Shown here piece by piece: positions 10,101 through 18,926 of a stretch of 64,000 bases of DNA. The stretch spans positions 38,955 to 102,954 of the forward strand of contig CAYUTO010000002.1 of assembly GCA_964447765.1 (NCBI GenBank). Reading direction: 5' to 3'. The notes beneath the pieces were generated by a model that had not been told where the DNA came from, ran no database searches, and worked only from the letters and a program-made list of their open reading frames with translations. Source of the stretch: an uncultured Gammaproteobacteria bacterium. GTDB lineage: Bacteria > Patescibacteriota > Patescibacteriia > Magasanikbacterales > UBA922. The position numbers were made by a program, and so were the translations under genes. How positions within the stretch are numbered: position 1 is the stretch's first letter; each line of letters begins with the position of its first letter.

Positions 10101-13100
10101 ATTGGTTCGTGTATCTATCAATCAATTAAAGCAGAAGCAACGAGTTGTCCTGCTGTCGCAAATGGATGTCGATCATATATTGGAAACACCGGTAATAATT
10201 TACAAATCATTACTACCTTTGGATTTGAGCCATCAGGAACCGGAGCAGCTGCACTTGATACAGCGAATGACGGATGGAGTGAGAATACGGTGGTCCAGGC
10301 AGAAGCACTACAGGTAGGGTTGCATTCTCTCAGGGTAAATGGACAAAGTACCAATTATACGTTTGAATCAGGGACATTACAGACAGGTGCGTGGTATGAG
10401 ATCCGTTTCTCTGCACGTGGTAATGCAGCATTTGGATTATCAATTGGATTTAGTCAGGGCGGGCAAAATATCGGGAATGCCTTTACTTACGACCCGTCGC
10501 TTAATCAGAATGCACCAGCTTCTATTGGTTCACAATGGCAGGAATATCGTGTAGGCCCCGTACAATTCACTGGTAATAGTAATGATCCTGTACAATTATA
10601 CTTTGAGGGATCTGGTGGTTCTCAGTTTTATTTCCTTGATACTATTGAATTTGCAAAAATTGGTGATTCAACAGATGATCATATTTTCCGTATAAAAAAT
10701 TCATGGAGAACTTCTGAAGGATACGAAGTTCCTCTTGCATGTGATTCGCAGCCTAATAATGGGCTTCCTGGTGAATATCTAGGATGTCGTGAGTATACAA
10801 ATAATGGAGTATCGTTCCCATTGACTGGCTTTGATCGACTCTGTCGTGATGAGGCAGTAGGTTGTCGTGCGCTTGTTGACACACAGAATACCGTTGAGGG
10901 AGTTCGTCCAGCAGAAAAACAGGCGTATGGAGTGGTGTGTCGAAAAGCTATTGGAGTAACATCGCCGACTCCATGTTCGGTTACACTGACTGAATCATCT
11001 ACCGTGTCTGCAACATATGGCTGTACCGTATCTCGTGGAGAACGCGAATGTCGGTTACCAAACCCTGTAGTAATTCCTGCACAAGCAGACGATGCGCCAG
11101 TGGTATTCGCGAATCTTCAGCAGGTCGCAGGCACTTGTATTTCGCTCAATGGATCATGTGCAATCAATAATAATGATAAATTAGTTATTGATGAATCTAC
11201 GGTTGTGGTGAAAGAAGATTCTGGTTTGATTTACCTTGCGGCACAAGATCAATTTGTATGTCAGGAAGACAACCTCGCATGTACCCGTGTAGGATTGGAA
11301 ACAAAAAATGTGAATGCAAATACGACGAGTGCATACAGTTATCAAGATGCATTTATCAAAAATGACCCACGTATTTATGCGGATATTTTGTGCTCGGGTG
11401 ACGAAGTAGGTTGTGCAGCATTCAAGAATGATAATTCTCTGGTGTATTTCAAGGATCCAGAAGTAAGTGGAGATACACAGTGTGTATATAAAGATAAGGT
11501 TACCCTGGGTGAAGGATTGGCAGCCCGAACGTACAGTGGATGGTTCAAAGATACAGGGAAATGCGCCGTGAGTAATCAGGAATGCCGGGCTGATGCGGAT
11601 TGTGGAGGGAATGATCGATGTATTGATATTGGTGTAGTACCATGTTACGAAAACTATCTGGATTCAGGTAATGAATACAGTATCTGGTCACAGGGAAGCC
11701 TGCAGTACGAAGGTAATGTGGGTATGTGCGATACTAATAACAATGGCTGTACCGAGCTTATTGATCGTGCGGCAATCACCTCTTCGACACCAAATGGAAA
11801 ATCCTACTATGCACTAATGAATGATCGACTCAAAGAAAATATTGCTCAGTGTGAAGGTAGAGTAAGTCAGAAAGAAGGATGTGTGTTATTCGATGTGACT
11901 GAGAATCCAGATAAAATCTTTGATACTTCAGCATCATATGATGCAAGTCGAGCAGCAACGCCGATTGATAGCCTGGTAAATCCAGTCCGCTCACAAAATA
12001 CAAATGATGCTAATTTTATTCTTAAGGTTGAGAGAGACCGTCAGTGTAGCGAGTGGCTTGCGTGTGGAAGCTCTATTACCGTGACTGATGAAAATGGTAA
12101 TGAACAAGTCTTATGTCAGCAATATATCGCATGTAGTAAATTCAATTCGACTGGAGAGTGTATTCAGCCAGTGAATACCTCGCAGGATAACTCGCAGATG
12201 ACTGAGGAAAAATATATTGCTCGAAGTACTGGCTGGACTGCACCAGAATATTCAGGGTACTCATTCTTTGGTCTGTATAATGCAAGTAATTTTGTTTACT
12301 TATTATTTGAAGGAAAAACAGAGGCATACATGGGGTATGAAATGAGTCATTCGTTTTTCCGTAACGAAGATGTGGGTGCAGGATGTCGTGCTACAGCTAA
12401 CATAGGAGGTGATACTAATTATGTAAAAGCTGATGGAGCCGTGTGTGGATTTGATGCGGGTGGACGATGTTATCGTCAGAGATGTATTTATCCAATCGAA
12501 GGAACGTTTGATTTTACTCCAGCTCCTGGAAATGATGTGGCTACGTCACAGGCAAATGTAGAAAAAATGTTGGTAGAGATGCAGCCAGGAATTTGTAAAT
12601 CATACCCAGAATCAACCAGTCCATTCTCTGTTGAGGTTGCAGTGAAAAATACTAATGAAGAAGTGGATATAAAAAGGAATGATGAATTTACCCGATATGA
12701 TTTTACTGAGAAAAAAGAATTATATGAGCGTGCAAATGTATGTCAGCCTGGTAGTGATTCCACTGATTGTTCGTGTGAATATTTGAAGGTTGAATACAAA
12801 AACGGAACCGTGGATTATTGGGCAACAAAAGATACTGAATTAGTAGCTCCTGGAATTTGTGTGGGGGGAGATAATGATGGAAACCCATGTGCTGCTGCAA
12901 GTGAATGTGGAGTTGGGGGAATGTGCAGTACGGTGAAGCAGAAAGGAACGTTTATCGGACAGCGTGGACTCTGTATCGAATATGATCTTAGTCGACCATT
13001 GGGAACTTCAAAATCTACTGCTCGATTGCACGAATCATTTGCCTGCCTCACCTGGCTTCCAATTCAGGTTTCAGCTTCATCAATTGATTTGAATAATCTC

Positions 13101-16100
13101 AATCCAGCCGCTGGGTACTATCCAGTGTCAAATTACGATTCTCCTCTTGGTGGGGGGCATGCATATTGTACGGAGAGCACGAATCGTGGTGCGGGATATT
13201 ATTTTACTGGTCTTGATGTTGAGGCAAACATAGGACCTTTCGGTACTCCTGGTTTGACTGGCGGTGAGAACATACGATTATGGGGTACGAATGTAGATGA
13301 CTTTACGTATTATGAGGATGTACCAGGTGTTCCAGGTGTCTTTAGTTCGAGTGAAACTATTAATTATGACACAATTGGTACGGTGGGAGGAAAATATAGA
13401 AGTCTGATGGAGTCTGCATCAGAAACAGCGGCACATAGATTGAAGATATATCGCGCAATACAGACGTGGGCGTGGAAACATATTGGAAATTCTGCTCGTA
13501 TTCTTCGGGTGGATGTGGCTGGAGGAGATACACCAAGGTATTATTATCCGAATAATGGTAAAATAAGTGATATAGATAGTAATATTGATATGCTTGGGTT
13601 TGCCCCAGATATTAATAACTCTGATATTACTCATGAAGATACGGGTACGGTAATGCACCCTCCAAGGTTGTTCAGTGCTGCTGGGATTGGGTTGGGCGAA
13701 TACTTAATGAACCCGGGAGATGGTGATTTTGGAATCATCGGAAGTGCTGCATTTTCTCCCGAGGTAAACAATAGTGCGGTACTCGATAAATATGTTGCGA
13801 TCGATAGAGAAGTTGAGAAAAAATTGAATGAAGAAGATATTCAGAGCATGCATTTTGTCCCTATAGCATATCCAGGCGGAGCAGAGGGTGATAATCCTGC
13901 AATGTTGACCAAAGAGTTGGCTATCGATTTCGCTAGTCTACGTTCTCTGCCCCGTGGACAGAATCGGGCATATCAAACTACTGTGCCCGCATACCGTGAT
14001 AATGATAATAATGAAGATCAGATTCGGTATAATACCTACGATGCAGATGAACAAATGGTACAGGTGGCATATCTGCTTGAACGAGGTACCAATGGGGTGA
14101 CTGGAGATGGGCTATTGTCGTACGGCGAGTATAAAGATGCGTCAGGTAGTTATTGGAGTGACTATCTTGGTAAGACAGATAAACATGAACGAACAAAAAT
14201 CCATCGTCGGTATGTATCATTGGTATTTAGTAAAAATGAGACAACATTCACAAGCTTGAATGTGAGTCCAACGCAGATTCCTTCAGGCATGTCTGACCCA
14301 TTTGCTACTAATGGTTGTGAAACTCCATCAAACAATATCTCAAAGAATTGGTTTGCAATTGGTATGGATTTCAATAAAGATGGTGAGTTCCTGGGGTACA
14401 TTTCTCGATGGTGTATGAATACACGAAATGAGGGAGACGAAGCAAATGGTATACGTTTTGCGACGATTGCACATATGCAAGATAGATGTCTCGAGTACAA
14501 TGCTGTTGTTGATAATCAGGTTGCTCTCAGTGGAGATAATAATAAAGCATGGACTGACCGTGTGTGGATTAATAGTACCTATCAGTCCGGATCAAGTTTA
14601 CTTGCAATTCTTAAAGCAGGGGCAACTGGGTTGGCACCATATGGATCACTCCCACAAAGTGTGGCGAGCGCTGAAATTCTCCGAGCAAATCCTACAAAAC
14701 CTGTTCCATCCTACGGTTTCCCGGATTATAATTTTGGTGTGCAATATCAGTGTAGTGGTGGTGATGGTTTTTCGAATGACCCGCGTTCTCTATTTGGTTC
14801 AAAAAATTGTGCACGTCCTATTGGAGAGTCAGAAAGTATTACCAACATCACTTTCGAGATTAGTAGGGATCCAAAAGAAGGGCGAGACAAACTTCGTGAG
14901 TTGTTCATGAAATATTATGAAATGAAGAATTTTGAAGCCATTGGTATTGCTCCAAAAGATATTAATACTTTTAACCCTGAAGTTATTGCAGATTTAGGCG
15001 GTGATGTAGGTGCAATTGGTAATGCAACAAGACCTCCGCAGATCTTCTCGATCAATCCATATACCTGTAGTCAAAGAGGAGGAAATTGTACTGCAGCAGA
15101 AGTAGATGCGTTTACTATAAATTTCAGAAACTTCACCTCTACTGATTATAATAATGATGGTAGTCCTGATGAAGATTCAAATCTGCAGGATGGAATCGAT
15201 CCGATTGTTGCCGAGGGAACGTATTATGCAATTGCAAACTTCTTTGCCTATGCCGATGACAATCGAATGCCTATCAAGAGTGTGAAAGTAGAGTGGGGTG
15301 ATAATTCATTCCAAAATGATAGTCCAGATGGATTGTATAAGAATCGAAAACCATACTGTGGTGCAACTGATAATTTTACGTATAACTATAATGCTAATAC
15401 AAATAGTGGACTAGGGCGCTGTGTAGGTACGCAGATTACCTGTAATAGCAGTGAAGATTGTCGGTATGCAGGAGTGAATGGCGCTGCAGTAGCGTGCGAG
15501 AGTCCAGGCATTCCAACTCCATCTCGTGTAGGTGTGTGTAGGTATACCCCAACAGGCCCTGCAACCGTTCCTGGTGTAGCATGCCAATCGGTCGATGAAT
15601 GTCAGCCGTATGATCCTGCCAACTATGTGACAGAGTGTGTACTACCAAATCAGGGTAGTGATCATAGTGGGGGGCAGTGTCTTTCGACTAGACGTCAAAA
15701 TACAGTATTTACCAATAATGTAGACTGTCAGCAGAGCAGTGTGTGTCCGCTTATAAGTGGTGCTGTTGCTGCATGTGATCTTCCCCCGCTTGCTACTCCT
15801 CCTGCAGGACAACGACATTTCGGAGACGCACCACGCGCATGTAGGAGTCAATACTTCGAATACGCACATACTTATCAGTGTACGAGTGCTGATACAAATG
15901 CGAAGGTCGGAGAGTTACAAAATTCTACAGACGATGGAGATCAAGAGGCGTACAGAAGATTGATCGGTCGGGCAGGAGTGACTCCTGAAACAGATATTTG
16001 TGTATTCATACCAAAGGTCCAGGTAATCGATAACTGGGGATGGTGTAATGCTTCACAAATAGCTGCATTAGAAGAAAATGGGGACTTTACACTTTGTCCA

Positions 16101-16214
16101 AATGATAATACAGGCAAAGGGTGTTACGAAGGTAATAATCAATTATGTAGCAGGTCGGTTAACGCTTATACTCAATATAAAGGTAAGATTATTCTACTAC
16201 CAATAAGTGAATAA
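7155..16214 (+). CDS. Giant (3019 aa) cysteine-rich exported/surface protein
   Basis: Uninterrupted 9-kb ORF; N-terminal basic-plus-hydrophobic signal/anchor; many C-x5-GC and C-x5-C-x3-DC units; CBM4/9-like segment (GAWYEIRFSARG...WQEYRVGP...LDTIEF); PKD-like VKVEWGD near the C-terminus. Confidence 0.85.
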   Translation: MFFLSKRTKKHSVIAIIAVVVVVNVLGFNLLRPTPVRAFVDVNQGLRNVTDNIGDSLLAAGLGALVNGASYFMRKIAYDTAKYIASGGKGQGALAFQDGFGSYLGNVAADSAFDAIDELGKPFGLNICQPPDIRLQIGLQVSISNIFAQDGPQPSCTYNQFKEKWDNARDSLVGDQNLLENFNVSLKTSQGSLGTALSILGKVDSIVAKSELGAQLERLEGGGFKSITGLISGEIKTPAQITREEATGQLTATAQTKSSAEQIAGLYGADALSIFPMALSVFANTLASTLLQNVLEKGLLPTKGDPSSVADFYASTVNRNRQIAETAFSYLIAGIPQRPLTAYDVVTEYSTCGSNPGLNNCVMDSGLAQALDRARLGTPLTIGEAMSSQNNLLHDDWLLIADHLEGIDPSVSKTNLTNTNLEYCHSSAYCISNVEKLRKARILPLGFEIAVMKSPPDNPWKLGDVVRGFNTCDPSGKPSDAYPYCKLIDPNWILKAPEARCEARVSGPELLTESTPTRREECVDFSTCLETDENGQCKGFGYCTKEENIWNMPGQACAPQFNTCKTYVSASDGKIASYLSRTLDVESCSADSIGCRAYSLDKDGDAWVTSAEADPATAFSGRTQAIHFTNIAQCPSSSEGCSLFMDPTISDASSDEARVFLKKAPDYLQCYDSDLTTSDVVEWPQTQAEIVKLDTQKAAACSAFAGACTGEEVGCEVYAPKNGGASVTGIIGGNSCPTQCVGYETFKQEATTFESEKFPLHFIASNARTCTSLQVGCDEFTNIGVASEGGEALEYYTALKRCERPSGDNSGVFYSWEGSESQGYQLRRNILLPITSSDRDYISSHGLNYKSGDSLESVFPVGSPAYVEDLKSAMQSNYDQCNQESYNLLLNNVLNDSRVADNDCRALYNSNGQIFYRVFRNTVTVSNSCTPLRKTNSELMVDENITAGNGGQTLCEAKGGVWGAGECKRCAAGGTYEVNTEGIGSCIYQSIKAEATSCPAVANGCRSYIGNTGNNLQIITTFGFEPSGTGAAALDTANDGWSENTVVQAEALQVGLHSLRVNGQSTNYTFESGTLQTGAWYEIRFSARGNAAFGLSIGFSQGGQNIGNAFTYDPSLNQNAPASIGSQWQEYRVGPVQFTGNSNDPVQLYFEGSGGSQFYFLDTIEFAKIGDSTDDHIFRIKNSWRTSEGYEVPLACDSQPNNGLPGEYLGCREYTNNGVSFPLTGFDRLCRDEAVGCRALVDTQNTVEGVRPAEKQAYGVVCRKAIGVTSPTPCSVTLTESSTVSATYGCTVSRGERECRLPNPVVIPAQADDAPVVFANLQQVAGTCISLNGSCAINNNDKLVIDESTVVVKEDSGLIYLAAQDQFVCQEDNLACTRVGLETKNVNANTTSAYSYQDAFIKNDPRIYADILCSGDEVGCAAFKNDNSLVYFKDPEVSGDTQCVYKDKVTLGEGLAARTYSGWFKDTGKCAVSNQECRADADCGGNDRCIDIGVVPCYENYLDSGNEYSIWSQGSLQYEGNVGMCDTNNNGCTELIDRAAITSSTPNGKSYYALMNDRLKENIAQCEGRVSQKEGCVLFDVTENPDKIFDTSASYDASRAATPIDSLVNPVRSQNTNDANFILKVERDRQCSEWLACGSSITVTDENGNEQVLCQQYIACSKFNSTGECIQPVNTSQDNSQMTEEKYIARSTGWTAPEYSGYSFFGLYNASNFVYLLFEGKTEAYMGYEMSHSFFRNEDVGAGCRATANIGGDTNYVKADGAVCGFDAGGRCYRQRCIYPIEGTFDFTPAPGNDVATSQANVEKMLVEMQPGICKSYPESTSPFSVEVAVKNTNEEVDIKRNDEFTRYDFTEKKELYERANVCQPGSDSTDCSCEYLKVEYKNGTVDYWATKDTELVAPGICVGGDNDGNPCAAASECGVGGMCSTVKQKGTFIGQRGLCIEYDLSRPLGTSKSTARLHESFACLTWLPIQVSASSIDLNNLNPAAGYYPVSNYDSPLGGGHAYCTESTNRGAGYYFTGLDVEANIGPFGTPGLTGGENIRLWGTNVDDFTYYEDVPGVPGVFSSSETINYDTIGTVGGKYRSLMESASETAAHRLKIYRAIQTWAWKHIGNSARILRVDVAGGDTPRYYYPNNGKISDIDSNIDMLGFAPDINNSDITHEDTGTVMHPPRLFSAAGIGLGEYLMNPGDGDFGIIGSAAFSPEVNNSAVLDKYVAIDREVEKKLNEEDIQSMHFVPIAYPGGAEGDNPAMLTKELAIDFASLRSLPRGQNRAYQTTVPAYRDNDNNEDQIRYNTYDADEQMVQVAYLLERGTNGVTGDGLLSYGEYKDASGSYWSDYLGKTDKHERTKIHRRYVSLVFSKNETTFTSLNVSPTQIPSGMSDPFATNGCETPSNNISKNWFAIGMDFNKDGEFLGYISRWCMNTRNEGDEANGIRFATIAHMQDRCLEYNAVVDNQVALSGDNNKAWTDRVWINSTYQSGSSLLAILKAGATGLAPYGSLPQSVASAEILRANPTKPVPSYGFPDYNFGVQYQCSGGDGFSNDPRSLFGSKNCARPIGESESITNITFEISRDPKEGRDKLRELFMKYYEMKNFEAIGIAPKDINTFNPEVIADLGGDVGAIGNATRPPQIFSINPYTCSQRGGNCTAAEVDAFTINFRNFTSTDYNNDGSPDEDSNLQDGIDPIVAEGTYYAIANFFAYADDNRMPIKSVKVEWGDNSFQNDSPDGLYKNRKPYCGATDNFTYNYNANTNSGLGRCVGTQITCNSSEDCRYAGVNGAAVACESPGIPTPSRVGVCRYTPTGPATVPGVACQSVDECQPYDPANYVTECVLPNQGSDHSGGQCLSTRRQNTVFTNNVDCQQSSVCPLISGAVAACDLPPLATPPAGQRHFGDAPRACRSQYFEYAHTYQCTSADTNAKVGELQNSTDDGDQEAYRRLIGRAGVTPETDICVFIPKVQVIDNWGWCNASQIAALEENGDFTLCPNDNTGKGCYEGNNQLCSRSVNAYTQYKGKIILLPISE

Positions 16215-16228
16215 TTAGTTCACAATAA

Positions 16229-16266
16229 AATAAAGCACTCTCTAAAATTTTAGAGAGTGCTTTATT
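16229..16266. terminator. Perfect 38-bp palindrome, bidirectional terminator
   Basis: aataaagcactctctaaaa|ttttagagagtgctttatt between convergent genes. Confidence 0.8.
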
Positions 16267-16309
16267 AATATAAAAAAATACTCAAGTAGAGTATATGATT
16301 GGGTCAGGG

Positions 16310-16341
16310 CTGGAGACTCGGGTGTGAAACCGAGTCTCCAG
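16310..16341 (-). other. GC-rich 3' hairpin of the lipoprotein cassette
   Basis: ctggagactcgg-N8-ccgagtctccag, 30 nt after the stop codon. Confidence 0.7.
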
Positions 16342-16370
16342 TTCAGAAGTGTGCTGTCGACGAGCATCTG

Positions 16371-16889
16371 TCACCGGTAGAACGTGGTGAGCAGCGAAGA
16401 GCCTGGCAGGTCAGCTCGGACATCCTTTCGAATGAGGGCCTCTCCTTCGATGAAGAGATAGCTTGTATATTCGTGGATGCCTGAAGCCCATTGACTCGAC
16501 AGCGGTAGCGTCTTGCCGAAGAAGCGTTGTGTGCCGCAGCCGTCGCAGGCGAAGATGAGTTCGCACTGGTCGCCAGCAGCAGAGACCTGGACCGTGATCT
16601 CGAGTCGATCACCGTCGATCAGGTTGTTGTCGCTCTCGCACCACCAGATTCCCCGTAGGTCGAAGAGATCTTCGCAGAGGTCCTCGGCAGTGAGTGGTGG
16701 TGTGAACGTGTCATTTGTGGCGGTATCTGGGACCGCCGTGTAGGTGTCGGGCTGGTGGGGATCATCTCCCTTACCAGTGTCCGACGTATCGGTGGTAGTG
16801 ATTGGACCAGGTTCGACACCTGGATCCGAAGAGTCGCAAGCCGCCATCGCGAGGGCGGCAGCGATGACGGCAATCATCCTGCAGAGCAT
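16371..16889 (-). CDS. GC-rich orphan lipoprotein
   Basis: Lipobox LAMAA-C, Asp/Thr/Pro-rich linker, Cys-containing C-terminal domain; SD GAGGAG 8 nt upstream. Confidence 0.75.
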   Translation of the reverse strand: MLCRMIAVIAAALAMAACDSSDPGVEPGPITTTDTSDTGKGDDPHQPDTYTAVPDTATNDTFTPPLTAEDLCEDLFDLRGIWWCESDNNLIDGDRLEITVQVSAAGDQCELIFACDGCGTQRFFGKTLPLSSQWASGIHEYTSYLFIEGEALIRKDVRADLPGSSLLTTFYR

Positions 16890-16947
16890 ATGCTCATCTC
16901 CTCAACAGTGGAAGCTTTCACTTAGCCGGAACCTACCGACAGAGTAA

Positions 16948-17007
16948 TCACTCCAACATATCAAACCAATAAGATCGAGCTTATAAGGGCCTAATATGTT
17001 GGAGCGA
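16948..17007 (-). promoter_or_regulatory. 20-bp 5'-leader hairpin
   Basis: tcgctccaacatattaggcc pairs with ggtttgatatgttggagtga on the minus strand (4 G-U pairs, no mismatches). Confidence 0.65.
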
Positions 17008-17039
17008 CGATACGATTTACGAAGGTACATTCTATGGCG

Positions 17040-17068
17040 ATTAGACCATTTTTTTTGGGTTTTGTCAA
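17040..17068 (-). promoter_or_regulatory. Sigma70 promoter (lipoprotein cassette)
   Basis: TTGACA-17-TCTAAT with extended -10 TG. Confidence 0.7.
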
Positions 17069-17158
17069 GTTTTTATGGAATTCCTCCATAGGGCTTGAAA
17101 AAGAGTAGTATAATTGGTACACTCAACCTATCTTTTCTATAGATAAAATACATACAAT

Positions 17159-18925
17159 ATGTACCGAACGCATACATGTGGAGAGCTCTCAAAAGAAGCT
17201 GTGGGATCAGTAGTAACGCTCGCTGGATGGGTGAATAAACGACGTAAATTTGGAAATTTGGTATTTGTGGATTTGCGTGATCGATATGGTATTACCCAGG
17301 TAGTTTTTAACCCTGAAAAAACAAAAGAATTTGAGCTTGCTGAAAAATTGAAGTATGAGTATGTAATCTCAGTCACCGGGACTGTGGTTGCGCGTGATGA
17401 GAAGAACATTAACACGGAAATTCCGACCGGAACGATTGAACTCTTAGCAAGTGAAATCAAAATTCTCAGCGAAGCAGAGACCTTACCATTTGAAATTTTT
17501 GATTCAGGAAAAGGTGAAGAAGATGAAGAGCTTCGTTTGAAATATCGCTTTCTCGAACTTCGTCGTGAACGCCTCAAAGAAAATATTTTGTTTCGTGCAC
17601 GCATGATTGGGCACATCAGAAATTTCATGGAGTCACGAAATTTTGTAGATATTGCAACTCCGATTTTAACCGTGAGTTCTCCTGAAGGTGCTCGTGATTT
17701 TCTTGTTCCGTCACGTCTACACAAAGGAAAATTCTACGCACTTCCACAAGCTCCACAGCAATACAAACAACTTCTCATGGTTGCAGGATTCGATCGTTAT
17801 TACCAGGTAGCCCCTTGTATGCGTGATGAAGATCCTCGTGCAGATCGCTCACCCGGAGAATTTTATCAGCTGGATTGTGAAACGAGTTTCATGACGCAGG
17901 ATGAATTTTTTGCGCTCATGGAACCACTCTTTGTCGAGCTCACCGAAAAAGTCGCAGGAAAAAAAGTAAAATCAAAACCTTTTCCCCGAATTCCATTTCG
18001 AGAAGTAATGGAAACATACGGCAGTGATCGCCCTGATTTGCGGTATGATTTAAAAATGGTAGAAGTAACTGAATGGGCAAAGAAAAGCTCATTTGAAGTA
18101 TTTACCAAAGCCGATCATGTGCGGTTGCTCGTAATTCCAGGTGGAGACAAATTCACTCGAGCAGAAATCGACAATGAGTATACTGATGCGGCAAAGCGTG
18201 CACATGGCAAAGGGCTAGCGTGGATGAAATATGATGGTAGTGCATTCGATGGTGGTATCACCAAATTCTTTACAGAAGTTCAATTACAAGAATTAGTGCA
18301 GACTCAAAAACTAGAGGCTGGAAGTATTCTATTCTTTGCAGCAGACACATGGGAAGTGTCTTGCAAGGCACTTGGTGCAGTGAGAGATCTTGCGGGAAAA
18401 AAATTACAGCTCGCAGACGATAGTGAAATTGCATGGGCGTGGGTAGTTGATTTCCCATTTTACGAATGGAATGAGGATCAGAAAAAAATTGATTTTGCTC
18501 ACAATCCATTTTCCATGCCACAGGGTGGAATGGATGCACTTCTCAATCAAGATCCGCTTACGATCAAGGCATTTCAATACGATATTATTGCAAATGGTCT
18601 CGAGCTTTCAAGTGGGGCTGTACGAAATAAAGACGCAAGTCTCATGTATAAAGCATTTGAGATCGCAGGGTATGGACCAGAAGTCGTAGATAAGAAATTC
18701 GGCCACATGATTAAGGCCTTTAGCTATGGAGCTCCGCCTCACTGCGGATTTGCGCCAGGAATTGAGCGCCTCGTTATGCTTCTTCGAGGTGAAGATAATA
18801 TCAGGGCCGTTGTTCCATTCCCAAAGAACCAAAAAGCCGAAGAACCAATGGTTGGAAGTCCTGCAGAAGTAGAGGACGTGCAATTGAAAGAATTGGGAAT
18901 AAAAGTTGATATTACAAAAAAATAA
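17159..18925 (+). CDS. aspS: Aspartate--tRNA ligase
   Basis: MYRTHTCGEL, FVDLRDRYG, PEGARDFLVPSR, ALPQAPQQYKQLLM, YGAPPH, FPKNQ. Confidence 0.97.
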   Translation: MYRTHTCGELSKEAVGSVVTLAGWVNKRRKFGNLVFVDLRDRYGITQVVFNPEKTKEFELAEKLKYEYVISVTGTVVARDEKNINTEIPTGTIELLASEIKILSEAETLPFEIFDSGKGEEDEELRLKYRFLELRRERLKENILFRARMIGHIRNFMESRNFVDIATPILTVSSPEGARDFLVPSRLHKGKFYALPQAPQQYKQLLMVAGFDRYYQVAPCMRDEDPRADRSPGEFYQLDCETSFMTQDEFFALMEPLFVELTEKVAGKKVKSKPFPRIPFREVMETYGSDRPDLRYDLKMVEVTEWAKKSSFEVFTKADHVRLLVIPGGDKFTRAEIDNEYTDAAKRAHGKGLAWMKYDGSAFDGGITKFFTEVQLQELVQTQKLEAGSILFFAADTWEVSCKALGAVRDLAGKKLQLADDSEIAWAWVVDFPFYEWNEDQKKIDFAHNPFSMPQGGMDALLNQDPLTIKAFQYDIIANGLELSSGAVRNKDASLMYKAFEIAGYGPEVVDKKFGHMIKAFSYGAPPHCGFAPGIERLVMLLRGEDNIRAVVPFPKNQKAEEPMVGSPAEVEDVQLKELGIKVDITKK

Positions 18926-18926
18926 G

